Origin: Macrostomum lignano
Taxonomy: Eukaryota
NCBI GenBank assembly: GCA_002269645.1
Contig: NIVC01005085.1
Coordinates: 1 to 26,682 of the forward strand
Reading direction: 5' to 3'
Length of the DNA stretch: 26,682 nt
Shown: positions 10,911-21,589 of the stretch, in pieces
Layout: every line of letters begins with the position of its first letter
Position numbering within the stretch: position 1 is the first letter of the stretch
The notes under the pieces: generated by a model
Seen by the model: the letters and a program-made list of their open reading frames with translations, nothing else
What the model was told of the DNA's origin: nothing
Database searches by the model: none
Made by a program: the position numbers and the translations under genes

Positions 10911-12544
10911 TCAATGTTTCATCTGCATTTTAGCCAGAGCACTTGCAACATCCAAGACAGGTTGTGGCTGCTGCTCTATATGCTTCTGTGGGATCTCCAT
11001 GGTAAATTTCGGACGAAAATTTGGTCGATCTTCGAACAAACCATTAAACTTGGATTCGCATTTTTTGAAATTGTCATAGCACCATTGATGCACAGATGTT
11101 TCATTCGTATCTTGCTGTTTAATACGAATTTCTAGATCAATTTCTTCCGCGTTAAGCTTGTCTAGGCTAAATTGAAGACTCGCTGTGCAAGGTTGTCCGG
11201 TTTGAGTGGCAAGTGTGTTTAGGTCGTGCAGATGACACTCAATGGTACTCCGTAGATTACGCATATTAGCGTCGTTAAATTCCGTTCCAGTAATTTTAAA
11301 GAAAATTGCAGGATCGGTACGCGGGATGCTACGGCCGATAGAAGGATCTTCTGAGACTGTAGGCACGGCAGGAGGAATGTCGGGTCGGGCCTCATTATTT
11401 GCAGCAACCGGACGCCGAGGAACATTCGGTCCATATAAGGGTTCCCAATCTTGAATATTCATGTCATTCAGAATGCCTTTCAGTTCTTCATTAGCTTTCT
11501 GGGCACTGATTCTCTCTGAGGGACCCTTCGTCAACAATTTTTCAAGCAGGCTCCTAGTTCTCCGCCGACATTCTTCATTAAATGCATCAGAGCCTTCAAA
11601 TGTGCACATATTTAGATATAGCACTTTCCAACCCTCACTGAAGAATTCCAATTTAGTCTCAACCGATTCATCACTCTCTATAGGATCTTCGACGTCGTCA
11701 GATCTTCCAATTTTATTAGGATGAGATCGAAACAGTGACTCAATGCAGACCATACCAAAGGAATAACAGTCCGCAGCAGTAGTGTAATCTTCACCGTTGG
11801 CAACTTCTGGAGCTCTCCAATAAGGAGTTCCGACGCCCCTGGTCATTGGCTGTTCTACTGGCTTGCTGATACCAAAGTCTGAAAGCTTGCAGTTTCTTCC
11901 TTCATCAAACAGCAAAATGTTACAGCCTTTTAGGTCCCTATGAATGATATTATGCATTTTGCCTTCGAATTGAATTCCGCCGTGCAGGTAAGCCAACGCA
12001 TCAGCGATTTGTTGCATGAAACGAATAAAATGGCCAAAGGAGTAGGGGCCATCAGGTACAGTGGCAACACTTGTGTCTAACAATAAATTATAAAGGTTGC
12101 GGTCGGCAAGCTCCATCAGAAACAGCGGTGTGTAAGATTCAAGTTCATCGGAATATCCCATAAACTTCCAAGCAGAGACAATTCTCTTGTGCGCTTCATT
12201 AGTTTGGGGGGACTTGTGCGCTTCATTAGTTTGGGGGGACTTGTGCGCTTCATTAGTTTGGGGGGACTTGTGCGCTTCATTAGTTTGGGGGACTTGTGCG
12301 CTTCATTAGTTTTGGGGGATTTAAAACTGCTCAGAAGCTTGTATTCACGACGGAATATTTGTAAGTCTTTAGCTACATCACTAGCTGATCTAATTTGATT
12401 TTTTGCGAACGACTTTATAGCCAATTTGATTGTTTCACGAGAACCATTATTATTATATTTTACGAAGCAAGAGAATACTCCGTGACGTGTGTTGATAGGT
12501 TCGATCGTTTCTTTTAAAACTTCGATGTCGGAATTCGACCCCAT
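10911..12544 (-). CDS. Protein kinase (TKL-like), apparently intronless, ~544 aa if one base is restored in the 27-bp repeat
   Basis: Motifs LAIK, alphaC REYKLL, HRDLKGCNILL, SDFGISK, GVGTPYWRAPE and DCYSFG are split between track ORFs 12116-12571 and 10911-12161. The first ATG is at 12544 (12571 is TTG). The frame stays open up to an acceptor-like gctcctcag at 12607-12608. Confidence 0.9.
12186..12319 (-). repeat. 27-bp coding tandem repeat x5 (SP[K/Q]TNEAHK) inside the kinase domain
   Basis: Units are 27/26/27/27/27 nt in coding order; the 26-nt unit has G5 rather than G6 at 12287-12291. Confidence 0.95.
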
Positions 12545-12768
12545 TGTAACTGCAGTTTTAAACTTGTTCAATAGAGTGCTTCGAAATTTTAAATCTTCGA
12601 GATTCTCTGAGGAGCAAAAGGTTCAGTTATTTATTTAATTAAAAAAACTAGACCTATCTTTAAAAAACTAGTGAACTATTCGATGAAAAATATATGTATC
12701 GGTAAAAAAGGATGATATATTAAAATAATACGATGACATTCAAAACTTTGGGGAAAAGTTATCTGCGC

Positions 12769-13025
12769 GGATCTGGGAGGCTGGCCCAGCAACTGAGGAT
12801 CTGGGAGGCTGGCTCAGCAACTGAGGATCTGGGAGGCTGGCCAGCGACTGAGGATCTGGGAGGCTGGCTCAGCAACTGAGGATCTGGGAGGCTGGCACAG
12901 CAACTGAGGATCTGGGAGGCTGGCTCAGCAACTGAGGATCTGGGAGGCTGGCCCAGCAACTGAGGATCTGGGAGGCTGGCCCAGCAACTGAGGATCTGGG
13001 AGGCTGTCCGAGCAACTGAGGATCT
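12769..13025. repeat. 28-bp tandem array, ~9 copies, same unit and orientation as 2281-2795
   Basis: Directly visible. Confidence 0.97.
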
Positions 13026-13308
13026 CGGAAGCGGTAGCCTGGTAACTGGGAATCTGATAGGAAAACCCATAAACTTGTAGATTTTAATAACTACACTGGC
13101 TAGTAATAGAATCTCCTAAAAAAGCACCGAAGAAACAAGTAATTATAGAGAAATTCTTAATCTTACTTGCATTTATATTATTGATAAAATAACCCTTACA
13201 ACCTTAAATTATCTTGCAACTATGATTTAAATAAATCGTACGTACAAGTCGGAGGTAAAAGAAATGACAATAATCGTGACGTATTCTAAGAAACACTGCA
13301 TCATTTTA

Positions 13309-14425
13309 TCAATTATTCTGGTGATCAGCAGATGAGGCTGGCGACGGAGTGGCAGAGTATTGCACCAGACAGCCACCAAAGGCATCGTCTTCACCGGCAG
13401 CTTGGGCATTTCTGACGACCGGCGCAGTCGGCGAAGCATTCATCATCGAGGATATCGCCAAAGCATCCGCCGTCAAGGATGTCGCCGAAGCACCCACCGT
13501 CGAGGATGTCGCCGAAGCACCCACCATCGAGGATGTCGCCGAAGCACCCACCGTCGAGGATGTCGCCGAAGCACCCACCATCGAGGATGTCGCCGAAGCA
13601 CCCACCGTCGAGGATGTCGCCGAAACATCAACTATCGAGGACATCGCCGAAGCATTCACCTTCGAGGACGTCGCCGAAGCATCCATCTTTGAGGACGTCG
13701 CCGAAGCATCCACTGTCGATGCCGAGGCATCCGCCGTCGAGGACGCCGCCGAAGCATCCACATCCACCTTCCAGGACGTCACCGAAGCATCATCACGTGA
13801 CCTGTTTCGCCGAAAAGTACCTCCAACAACGACGCCCATCATTCGCCGATTCTGACCAGTCCGTCGTTTCAACTCCTCCGGCTCCGCAGCCCTAGCCGAC
13901 TTAAACGCCGAACAACCCGACTTTTTGTACTCTTCCTCCGAATTGGCATCGGCACTAGCGACTCGTTTAGTCGGTCTGACAGCATCAACTGGAGCAACAC
14001 CGCCCATCCGCAGCAGTTGAGCTCCGACTTCATCAGCCGACGATTCGGGCAACAATTCCAACGAGCCGCCAGTCAGCGAGTGTCTGGCAAGCAACTCTGC
14101 ATCGCTGGCAGACTGGGCGGCCAGTCGCTTGCGTTCCTGGCGTAGGCCGGCTCGGACCAGACGATTCAACTGGATGTCAGCGGCGCCGCGAGCACCCGCA
14201 TCGACGGCTAAAGCGGCGAGTCGAGGCGCGCTTTCTTCTCCGCGCTGTTCGTCGGATTTACCGTGCTCTAGTTTGTACATAGCATCGGTTGCTAAGCGAC
14301 GCTTTGTCTCGCCGTCCTCCGGCGCGATTTGACCATTCTCTGTTGGATCCCAGCGTTGCTCTTTTCGGCGAGCCCCGGATACGATGACGTAATCAAAGTT
14401 GGCGGGATCTGTGCGGATCAGATAC
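13309..14425 (-). CDS. YJU2B: Splicing factor YJU2B/CCDC130, exon 2
   Basis: Acceptor cattctag (14426-14427). Reads RYLIRTDPANFDYVIVSGARRKEQRWD...LATDAMYKLEHG...QLNRLVRAGLRQERK; C-terminal CLVQYS resembles the family's LVADYS end. Confidence 0.93.
13465..13770 (-). repeat. 30-bp coding minisatellite (ASATSS[T/M]VG-type), ~9-10 copies, in YJU2B
   Basis: cgaggatgtcgccgaagcacccacc(g/a)t repeated on the + strand; in frame on the minus strand. Confidence 0.92.
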
Positions 14426-14494
14426 CTAGAATGATGAGTGTGGGTCAGTCAGGTTATAAACACTACTGATCTCTACTTTGATTAAATGGGGACA

Positions 14495-15065
14495 ACATAA
14501 TTGACCCCTGTCTGTGATTAAATTTTGACCCCCTACTGTGATTAAATGGGAACAATTGATACCCTCCTGTGATCGATTGGGGACAATTGAACCCCCCCCG
14601 CTACTGTGAAAAAATGAGGACAATTGACCCCCACTACTGTGATTAAATAGGGACGATTGACCCTCCCAGCTAGTGATTAAATGGGAACAATTGACCCCTA
14701 CAGTGATTAAATGGGGACAATTGACCCCCAATAGTGAAAAATGGGGATAATTGACCCCCACTACTGTGACTAGATTGCAACAATTGACATCCTTCTGCGG
14801 TCGATTGGGGACAACTGACCCCTGTCTGTGATTAAATTTTGACCCCCTACTGTGATTAAATGAGGGCAATCGACCCCTAATGTGATTAAATGGGGACAAC
14901 TGACCCCCAATAGTGAAAAAATGGGGATAATTGACCCCATTACTGTGATTAAATCGGAACAATTGACCCCCACTACTGTGATCAAGTGGGGACAGTTGAA
15001 CCCACTACTGTGATCAAGTGGGGACAATTGACCCCCTACTGAGATCAAACAGGGACAACTGACTC
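14495..15065. repeat. ~32-bp intronic minisatellite (ctactgtgattaaatggggacaattgacccc) with a ~314-bp higher-order duplication
   Basis: Visible units; the block gacccctgtctgtgattaaattttgaccccctactg recurs at ~14503 and ~14817. Confidence 0.9.
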
Positions 15066-15131
15066 CCTCGAAATAAATGCAGTTAACTAAAATCTCTTAA
15101 GCAATAAAAAGCAAATTAACCAATAACAAAC

Positions 15132-15421
15132 CTCTGATCGCACAGGTGACACTTCATATTAAACTCGTACACAGGTGTACTATAGTACATGCCGACCTTT
15201 TTCTTCTCGGCATTGTACCTGACACCCATAGCAACGTGTCTACCGCAGCCGCCGCACCAGATATTATAGGGCATCTCGAACCGGATAACAATAACGCCTT
15301 GACCGATCTTCTTAGCTCGTTCGCGCAGAGCGTGAGTGCCATGATATGCGTCTAAGCTGCGATGCACCCGAGGATCAAAGTCTGGCGGATAATATTTGTT
15401 TGTACCTTTGCGTTCTCCCAT
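15132..15421 (-). CDS. YJU2B: Splicing factor YJU2B/CCDC130, exon 1
   Basis: MGERKGTNKYYPPDFDP...IRFEMPYNIWCGGC...MGVRYNAEKKKVGMYYSTPVYEF.MKCHLC is the CCDC130 signature; donor AG|gtttgt, phase 2, in frame with exon 2. Confidence 0.96.
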
Positions 15422-15485
15422 GGTAACTATATATCAGCGAATTCCACGACCGATTTAGTGCCCTCTCGCTGTTCAGGCAGGTACG

Positions 15486-15503
15486 CTGAAAAAGTAAAAA
15501 ACT
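15486..15503 (-). promoter_or_regulatory. Strong 3' splice acceptor 64 nt upstream of the YJU2B ATG (candidate trans-splice site)
   Basis: agttttttactttttcag on the minus strand; I saw no convincing donor between it and the NOC4L stop codon. Confidence 0.55.
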
Positions 15504-15554
15504 AATAATTAATTTTTTTAGAAAAATTGGCTCTATTTGAATTTCACACCTTAA

Positions 15555-15870
15555 TAATCTTTATCGCTAATTATTTACACCTGTAGTTGTTTTTATCGCC
15601 AATTATTCTCACCTCAGCCCTCTTTATCGCTGATTATTCACCTTACCATTTTATCGCTAACATTCATTTAGTCATCTTTATCGCTAATTATTCACCACCT
15701 TTAGTCATATTCTTTATCGCTAATTATTCTTAGTCATCTTTATCGCTAATATTCACATATTTATCGCTAATTATTCACCTTAGCCATCTTTATCGCTAAT
15801 ATTCACACCTTAGTCATCCTTATTTAGTCATCTTTATCGCTAATATTCACACCTTAGTCATCCTTATTAC
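15555..15870. repeat. ~25-31 bp minisatellite (atctttatcgctaattattcacaccttagtc) between NOC4L and YJU2B
   Basis: About 11 recurrences of tttatcgc(t/c)aa. Confidence 0.9.
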
Positions 15871-16071
15871 AATTATCCAAACTTAATTAGTGAACCAATT
15901 AAACAATTACCAAATCAGAACGGTTTTGTCCACAAATTCTAAACCAGTTGAAAATTAGCAGTTGGAAAAATTGGAAAATGCACGAATAAATGTATTTTGC
16001 AAACAAATTTATTCTGAAATAGTCACGATCAGTAAGAGCACAGAAACTGAGACAGACTCTCGGTGATACAG

Positions 16072-16230
16072 TTAACACCATCCATCCAGTTGCTTCAACA
16101 GCTCGTCTCCGTCAACAGCTGGGTCGACTTCTTCGTCGCTAGCGTAGCCAGATTCTTTCAAAGCTTCCGCCTGTTTCAGACAGTCAGGCAGAAGATCCTC
16201 GCACACCTGGTCCCAGTCGCGTTCGACCAC
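16072..16230 (-). CDS. NOC4L: NOC4L terminal exon (52 aa + TAA)
   Basis: Acceptor ctctctctcgtcccacag; VVERDWDQVCEDLL...LDGWC* is open and phase 0 with donor CAG|gtgaga; AATAAA on the minus strand at ~16008-16013. Confidence 0.75.
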   Translation of the reverse strand: MVERDWDQVCEDLLPDCLKQAEALKESGYASDEEVDPAVDGDELLKQLDGWC

Positions 16231-16344
16231 CTGTGGGACGAGAGAGAGAGTGAAGTTTAAACTCTACTTGCGCATCGATTATGAAATTTTCGTGTTATTT
16301 TTGGTGTCAAACAATTGAAGCCATTACAGAAAATCTTTCAAGAC

Positions 16345-16885
16345 TTTCTAAATCCCTTTAGGCTCTTTCCGAATCCCATTAGGCTTTTCTAGAATCCAAT
16401 TAGGCTCCTTCCGAATCCCTTTAGGCTCTTTTCAAATCTCATTAGGCTTTCAAATCTCATTAGGCTCTTTCCGAATCCCTTTAGGCTCTTTTCAAATCTC
16501 ATTAGGCTCTTTCCGAATCCCTTTAGGCTCTTTTCAAATCTCATTAGGCTCTTTCCGAATCCCTTTAGGCTTTTTCAATAAACTCTTTCCGAATCCCTTA
16601 GGCTTTTCCAATCCCAAGGCTCTTTCCGAATCTCAATAAACTCTTTCCGAATCCCATTAGGCTCTTTCCAAATCCCCTTAAGCTCTTTCCTAATCCAATT
16701 CAAAGGCTCTTTCCGAGTTCAATTAGGCTCTTTCGGAATCTAATTAGGCTTTTTTCGGAATTCCATTAGGCTCTTTTTGAATCCAACTAGACTATTTCCT
16801 AGTTCAATTAGGCTCTTTCCGAATCCCACTAAGCTCTTTCCAAATTCCCTGACGCTCATTCCGAATCCCATTAAAGACTCTTTCC
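16345..16885. repeat. ~21-bp intronic minisatellite (aggctctttccgaatcccatt)
   Basis: Directly visible, more than 20 degenerate copies. Confidence 0.92.
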
Positions 16886-16942
16886 GAATATCTTCAACTC
16901 TAAAGTTTAAACTGTTTCCAATAACCTCACCAAAAATCTCAC

Positions 16943-18159
16943 CTGTTTGTCGCAAAAATCTTCCACAACAGACAGAGCCCTATTGATCTTTTTAGCCATC
17001 TGTCCAACCGACAGTTCCCAATGCCGCTGCAGAACTCTCAGCTCCCATAGCGAATATCCAGGCGAAGCGGCTTCAGCTTCGGTCAGACTGATTGACATGC
17101 TAAACTCATTTGAACCGCCTGAACCATTCAGCTTCTCGTTAGCCTCTTTAACGTCCTCATCGTCTTCAGCCTGCCTATGCACCAGATACTGACACTTCTT
17201 ATGACGTCGGAGCAGGTTCAACACTAGGCCAATCAGCATTGGCTGACAATAACACGGCGCCAACAGGCACAGACTCGCTAGTCTCTTAGCAAACGCGGCA
17301 ATTCTAGCCGTGGAAATATTCGTAGCCGTCAAGATAAGATCTAACTGACGATAGAATCGGCCACGATAAGGCGACATCAAGCCGCTTAACGACACCAGCT
17401 GGTACAGTCGATCAAACAGAGGACCATAATCTAGAGAATAGTTGAACACCAGATGAAATACGCAAGGAGTTGCGGCCATGCCAACTTCAACGTTGTTGCT
17501 TTCGAAAGCGGACATAATGAAGTCGGCTAGTTGCATAGCATTAGTCAGCAGGCCTAATACACGATCATTTAGCAGCACTAGCAGACTGCATAACTGCTTG
17601 CTCTTATTGCTAACTGGCAGTGGACAATCTAGATAGCGACGCCACAATTTGCCGTACTGTTTACGCAACTGACTAATAGACATTAGTTTCTTCTGCAATT
17701 GACTATAGAATTCCGATTGTTTCGACCAGAAACTGTGACAGCGACTGTCCGATTCTGGTTGAGTCTTCTGCAATAGCAGACGATCCTGCCGAGTTAGCCG
17801 TTTAGGAAAATTGAACGCAAGTAGGAGACGCTCAATATTGGCGTGACGAATTCTGTAGTTAATACTTTCTAACTTATTACTACTAGTAGCTAGCTTTCTT
17901 AATTCCGCGTCAAGAACTTGCATGCACATTAGGGAGACGTCTGAATAAGCCAGATACGGCTGTAGCTCAGATACCAATGCAGTCTGTTCTTCCTCATCTT
18001 GACAGCTGATTAACCAGCCTATAGGATCTTCGAAATCGGCTCGTCTTGGAACTGACTGCTGAATCTGTTGCCAGTTCAACAAGTTGGAAGGATTTTTAGT
18101 TGACGATAATGACGCCTGCAGTGTTGAATTTGTAACTTGATTTATTGCCTGTGCAGTTG
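16943..18159 (-). CDS. NOC4L: Nucleolar complex protein 4 homolog (CBF/Mak21 domain), large internal exon; 5' boundary approximate
   Basis: ELQPYLAYSDV, LWRRYLDCPLP, YRGRFYRQLDLIL, IAAFAKRLASLCLLAP, NLLRRHKKCQYLVHR and SLWEL match NOC4 motifs. The frame is open to ~18168; possible acceptors at 18160-61, 18149-50 and 18116-17. Confidence 0.9.
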
Positions 18160-18418
18160 CTACAATAACTCAGCAGTACAATTTTGTATATAACATTCAA
18201 GGTGTTTCTTTTATGAGTAGTATAGATAAAGTAGCATTGGCTATTTTAGTATTGTTAGGCCTATAAGATCTCTTAGAAAAACAAAACATTAGTATTCATA
18301 ATATGACTTATAATATCACTATCTAGTGTATTTCGTTATCACCCCATTGACATCATCCCCTAGGCAGAATTTCTTCCCTCTTAGTGTACCTTTGTGAGCC
18401 CGCCTTATGAAATGTTTC

Positions 18419-20347
18419 CAGTGATGGGCATAGCGGGCACTAAATTTGAAATTTGCTATGGTGCCACTACAATTTTTGAAATTTGCTAATATTGCTAAAT
18501 TGAAATTTGACTTAGCGTATGCTACAAAAGTGCCACTACATTTTGCTCAAATTTGCTAAAAATTGAAATTTGCTAAATTTTAGGCAACTAATTTTCTTTT
18601 ATATCGTTTTTTAGGGTTTTCAGTCTTGTAAACAATATTGTTTTACTGATTTTATTTTTTTTAATATTTTTTAATGTACATAACGCAACAGTATTTAGAA
18701 TTTATAATCAAGTCATGTATATTGTACTGATATTGTCATACTGATACTGGTAGGGATAGAAATAAAATAAATTGATAGTCAGTCATATTCATAGTCATAG
18801 GACTCATAGATAGATCATAGACTGATGCTGATGTCTAATAGACAATAGTGATAACTGATAACTGATGACTGATGAGTTTAATTTTTCTTTTTTCTTTTTG
18901 TTACTTGTCCTGTTTTTCAGTGTTGGGCAATTCCGTTACCGAGTAACTTGCAAATGGTAACGCAAGAAGTCCATTACAGTTACTTTGCAACAATCACAAT
19001 ATTTAAATTTAAAACTGAAATGCTTAGCTATTACGCCGGTTGTCACATGTTTTTGCATTTTTCATTCCTAAATTCAAAATTAAATGAATAGTATCATATG
19101 GTATTGCGCTTAATTAATGAAGAAATACTTGAAACATGTTTTACTTTGTTAATTTCGGTAAAATATTTTCGCCTTTCATTTTCGTTACTAAAAATTTTCA
19201 AGTTTGATTCAAACAAACAACCAAAGAAAGAAATTCATCTGTAGTCTCCACAAGTCCCTCCACTGGCACTGCAGTACACTGCACCATTTTATACAGTTCT
19301 ATTTATTTTACTCTATTGAATTATTGATATTCGTTCATTTTATCATTTATAATTTTAATTATTGATTGCCATTGCCCATTGGTCCTTCTACTTGCCTCAC
19401 ATTGTGTCGCCAATTCCTGTCTCTGTCTGGTAATCGGTTAATCCCAATGCCCAATGGCAAATTTCGGTAACAACAATGTGAAAAATGTGCAATGTGAAAA
19501 AAAAACAGAAAATTTTGTTAATAACATGGGTAACGGAAGTGAGTAACGGACAGTAACTTAAAAGTTACCAGGTTTTTGTCTAAAGTTACTAGGCTAACAT
19601 AAGTTACTTTTTAAAAATTGGTAACTTAAGTTACAGTAACGCAAGTTACTTTTTTTAAGTAACTTGCCCAACACTGCTGTTTTTTGCTACTGTTGTTCTT
19701 GCTGTTTGTTTTTTGTCTAAATAATTATTTTATCTCCTAAATAAGTCTATAAATGTTCATTTTAATTTTTAATTTATTCAATTTCTTCAATTGCGAATGC
19801 CATAAGTATAATACAATTCCATAAATCAGTAATTCAATCAATTCTAATAGTAGAATTTAAATAGTCACGTCAATTACTATCACTGACTACTGACTAGCAA
19901 TGGTGACCAACTTGGCAACTGGCAATGGCAGTGGCAACTTATTAAGTAAAGTTACTAAACTTACTATGGTACTACTGTCTGTTAGTATTAGTGTTACTAT
20001 ACTGGTTACCTTACCTTATCCTTTGGCTTTGCACAGTATAAGTACAATTAACTTTTTTTAATTTGACAAATTTTTAACTAATTTGCGTTTTATTTTAATA
20101 AATATAAAGTAAAATCTTTCTAATATTCACAAGCTTAAACTAAAGAAAAGAAAAGGTAAATATGAATATTTTTTTCATGTTTTTAGGAAAATTTAAGTTT
20201 CAGCAAATTTTATATTTAGTGGCACTATAAATTTGCTAATTTTGAAACTAAAATAGCAGCCACTATATAGCGCTAACTTTTTTTAAATTTGATAGTGGAA
20301 ATGCTATATAGTGGCACTACAAAAATATTTAGTGGTGCCCATCATTG
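18419..20347. mobile_element. Non-autonomous hAT-type DNA transposon (outer element)
   Basis: TIRs cagtgatgggca / tgcccatcattg; perfect 8-bp TSD aatgtttc (18411-18418, 20348-20355); subterminal gccacta and tttgcta motifs at both ends. Confidence 0.92.
18918..19676. mobile_element. Non-autonomous hAT-type element nested in the outer element
   Basis: TIRs cagtgttgggcaa / ttgcccaacactg; perfect 8-bp TSD ctgttttt (18910-18917, 19677-19684); gtaac/gttac subterminal motifs. Confidence 0.93.
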
Positions 20348-21525
20348 AATGTTTCTTGCATTATTGTTTTAAATAGGGTATACCTAGTGTTAATTATTTC
20401 TACCGAGTGTATCAATTCTTGCTCATTACATGTAACCCTCTATCCTACCTAGGGTGACCTTTTTCTTTCTGATAGCTTATGAGATCATATTTAAGAGTCT
20501 GCATCCCTTTTTCCCACTAGACTCTCAATTGAGCTCATCCGCTTCCTAGATTCCAAGTTCCAAATATTTAAGTGGACCCTAAGTGTAAGCCCAATTTTTC
20601 AGACCCAACTAGCTACTCTCCCAATTAGCCATCTAATTAATTTGCTCCATGCTAATAACTATTTCTTGTTTACATCTTTAGCCATTTAAATAGTAATAAC
20701 TATCTAGTTTAGTGTTGCAATAAATTACAAAGCAGTTAAATTGTGTGTTAAATGGTGTCTTAAACTTTTATGACCTTGGAAACATTCATTTGACCCTTGG
20801 TGGTCTTACTCAAGAAAAGTTCTAAGGTAGATCTGAGTAAATTTTAACTTTAGAGCATTTTTCTATGAATTATTGTGGTAGAAATAGCAACCTACTACTC
20901 TTAGTACAACAGTCAGCAAATTCTTGTTTATTTAAAGTTTTTTGTAGCAGCTTCATTTCTGCATATTGGCATTCTAAGAGACAGCATTAACTAGACCACT
21001 GTTACAACCACAGCTAACCTCCCCATGAGCCTAACTAACTTAGTAGCCAGAAGAGCTCCCTATATTTTGCAGTCTGTGTCTCATTCATAAATGCCCAACC
21101 TCAAAATTTTCTCTTGTCTAGTGCGATTTAGTTTTGTCTAGATTTGCAACTTAGTTCCTCCCAATTGTGACTTAATACTTAGTTCCTTTCAATTGTAACT
21201 TAATTTTCACTTTGTATATGACTTTTCTTGTTTTTTCCTTTTTTCTCTTTTTTCCTCTCTTTCTTTTCTCCCTCCTTTCTTTTCCTTTGTCTTCCTCTCC
21301 TTTCTTTCTTCCCCCAATTTTTTATTTTTTTATATTTTCAATTTTGTGACTTACCTTGGCTAGCAGCCATTTTACATATCTAATTTGGATAGGTCATACA
21401 GGTGTTGGGCATGTATAGCATACATGCGCAACCCCCCTGATTTACACTGGCCATGCGACTTACTTTTTGACCAGAAATGCGACTTACCTGTGAAAGAAAC
21501 CCTAGAGCAACATTAACGTAATTTT

Positions 21526-21589
21526 GGGTAAACGGCAGGAGTAACTATGACTCTCTTATAAGGGCTAAATGCCTCGTCATCTAATTAGT
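21526..21589 (+). pseudogene. Isolated 64-bp fragment of 28S rDNA (helix 69-71 region, R2 / I-PpoI target); not an rRNA gene
   Basis: gggtaaacggcaggagtaactatgactctcttataagggctaaatgcctcgtcatctaattagt versus the conserved eukaryotic GGGTAAACGGCGGGAGTAACTATGACTCTCTTAAGGTAGCCAAATGCCTCGTCATCTAATTAGT; the flanks are not rDNA-like. Confidence 0.9.

Noticed and set aside
13349-13895. Plus-strand ORFs EDVAEAPTV(n), RMSPKHPPS(n) and HRRGCRRST(n)
   Set aside because: They are antisense shadows of the in-frame 30-bp repeat within YJU2B exon 2.
14426-15048. ORFs of 178 and 92 aa in the YJU2B intron
   Set aside because: They are minisatellite translations bounded by the gene's splice sites.
20360-21060. 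Moderately GC-richer stretch that might be a decayed transposon ORF
   Set aside because: The frames I checked have frequent stops and no motif I could identify.
21478-21492. acttacctg resembling the U1 snRNA 5' end, or clustered GTAAGT donors on the minus strand
   Set aside because: No U1 body follows, and the sequence upstream of the donors gives no NOC4-like open exon; more likely a repeated transposon subterminal motif.
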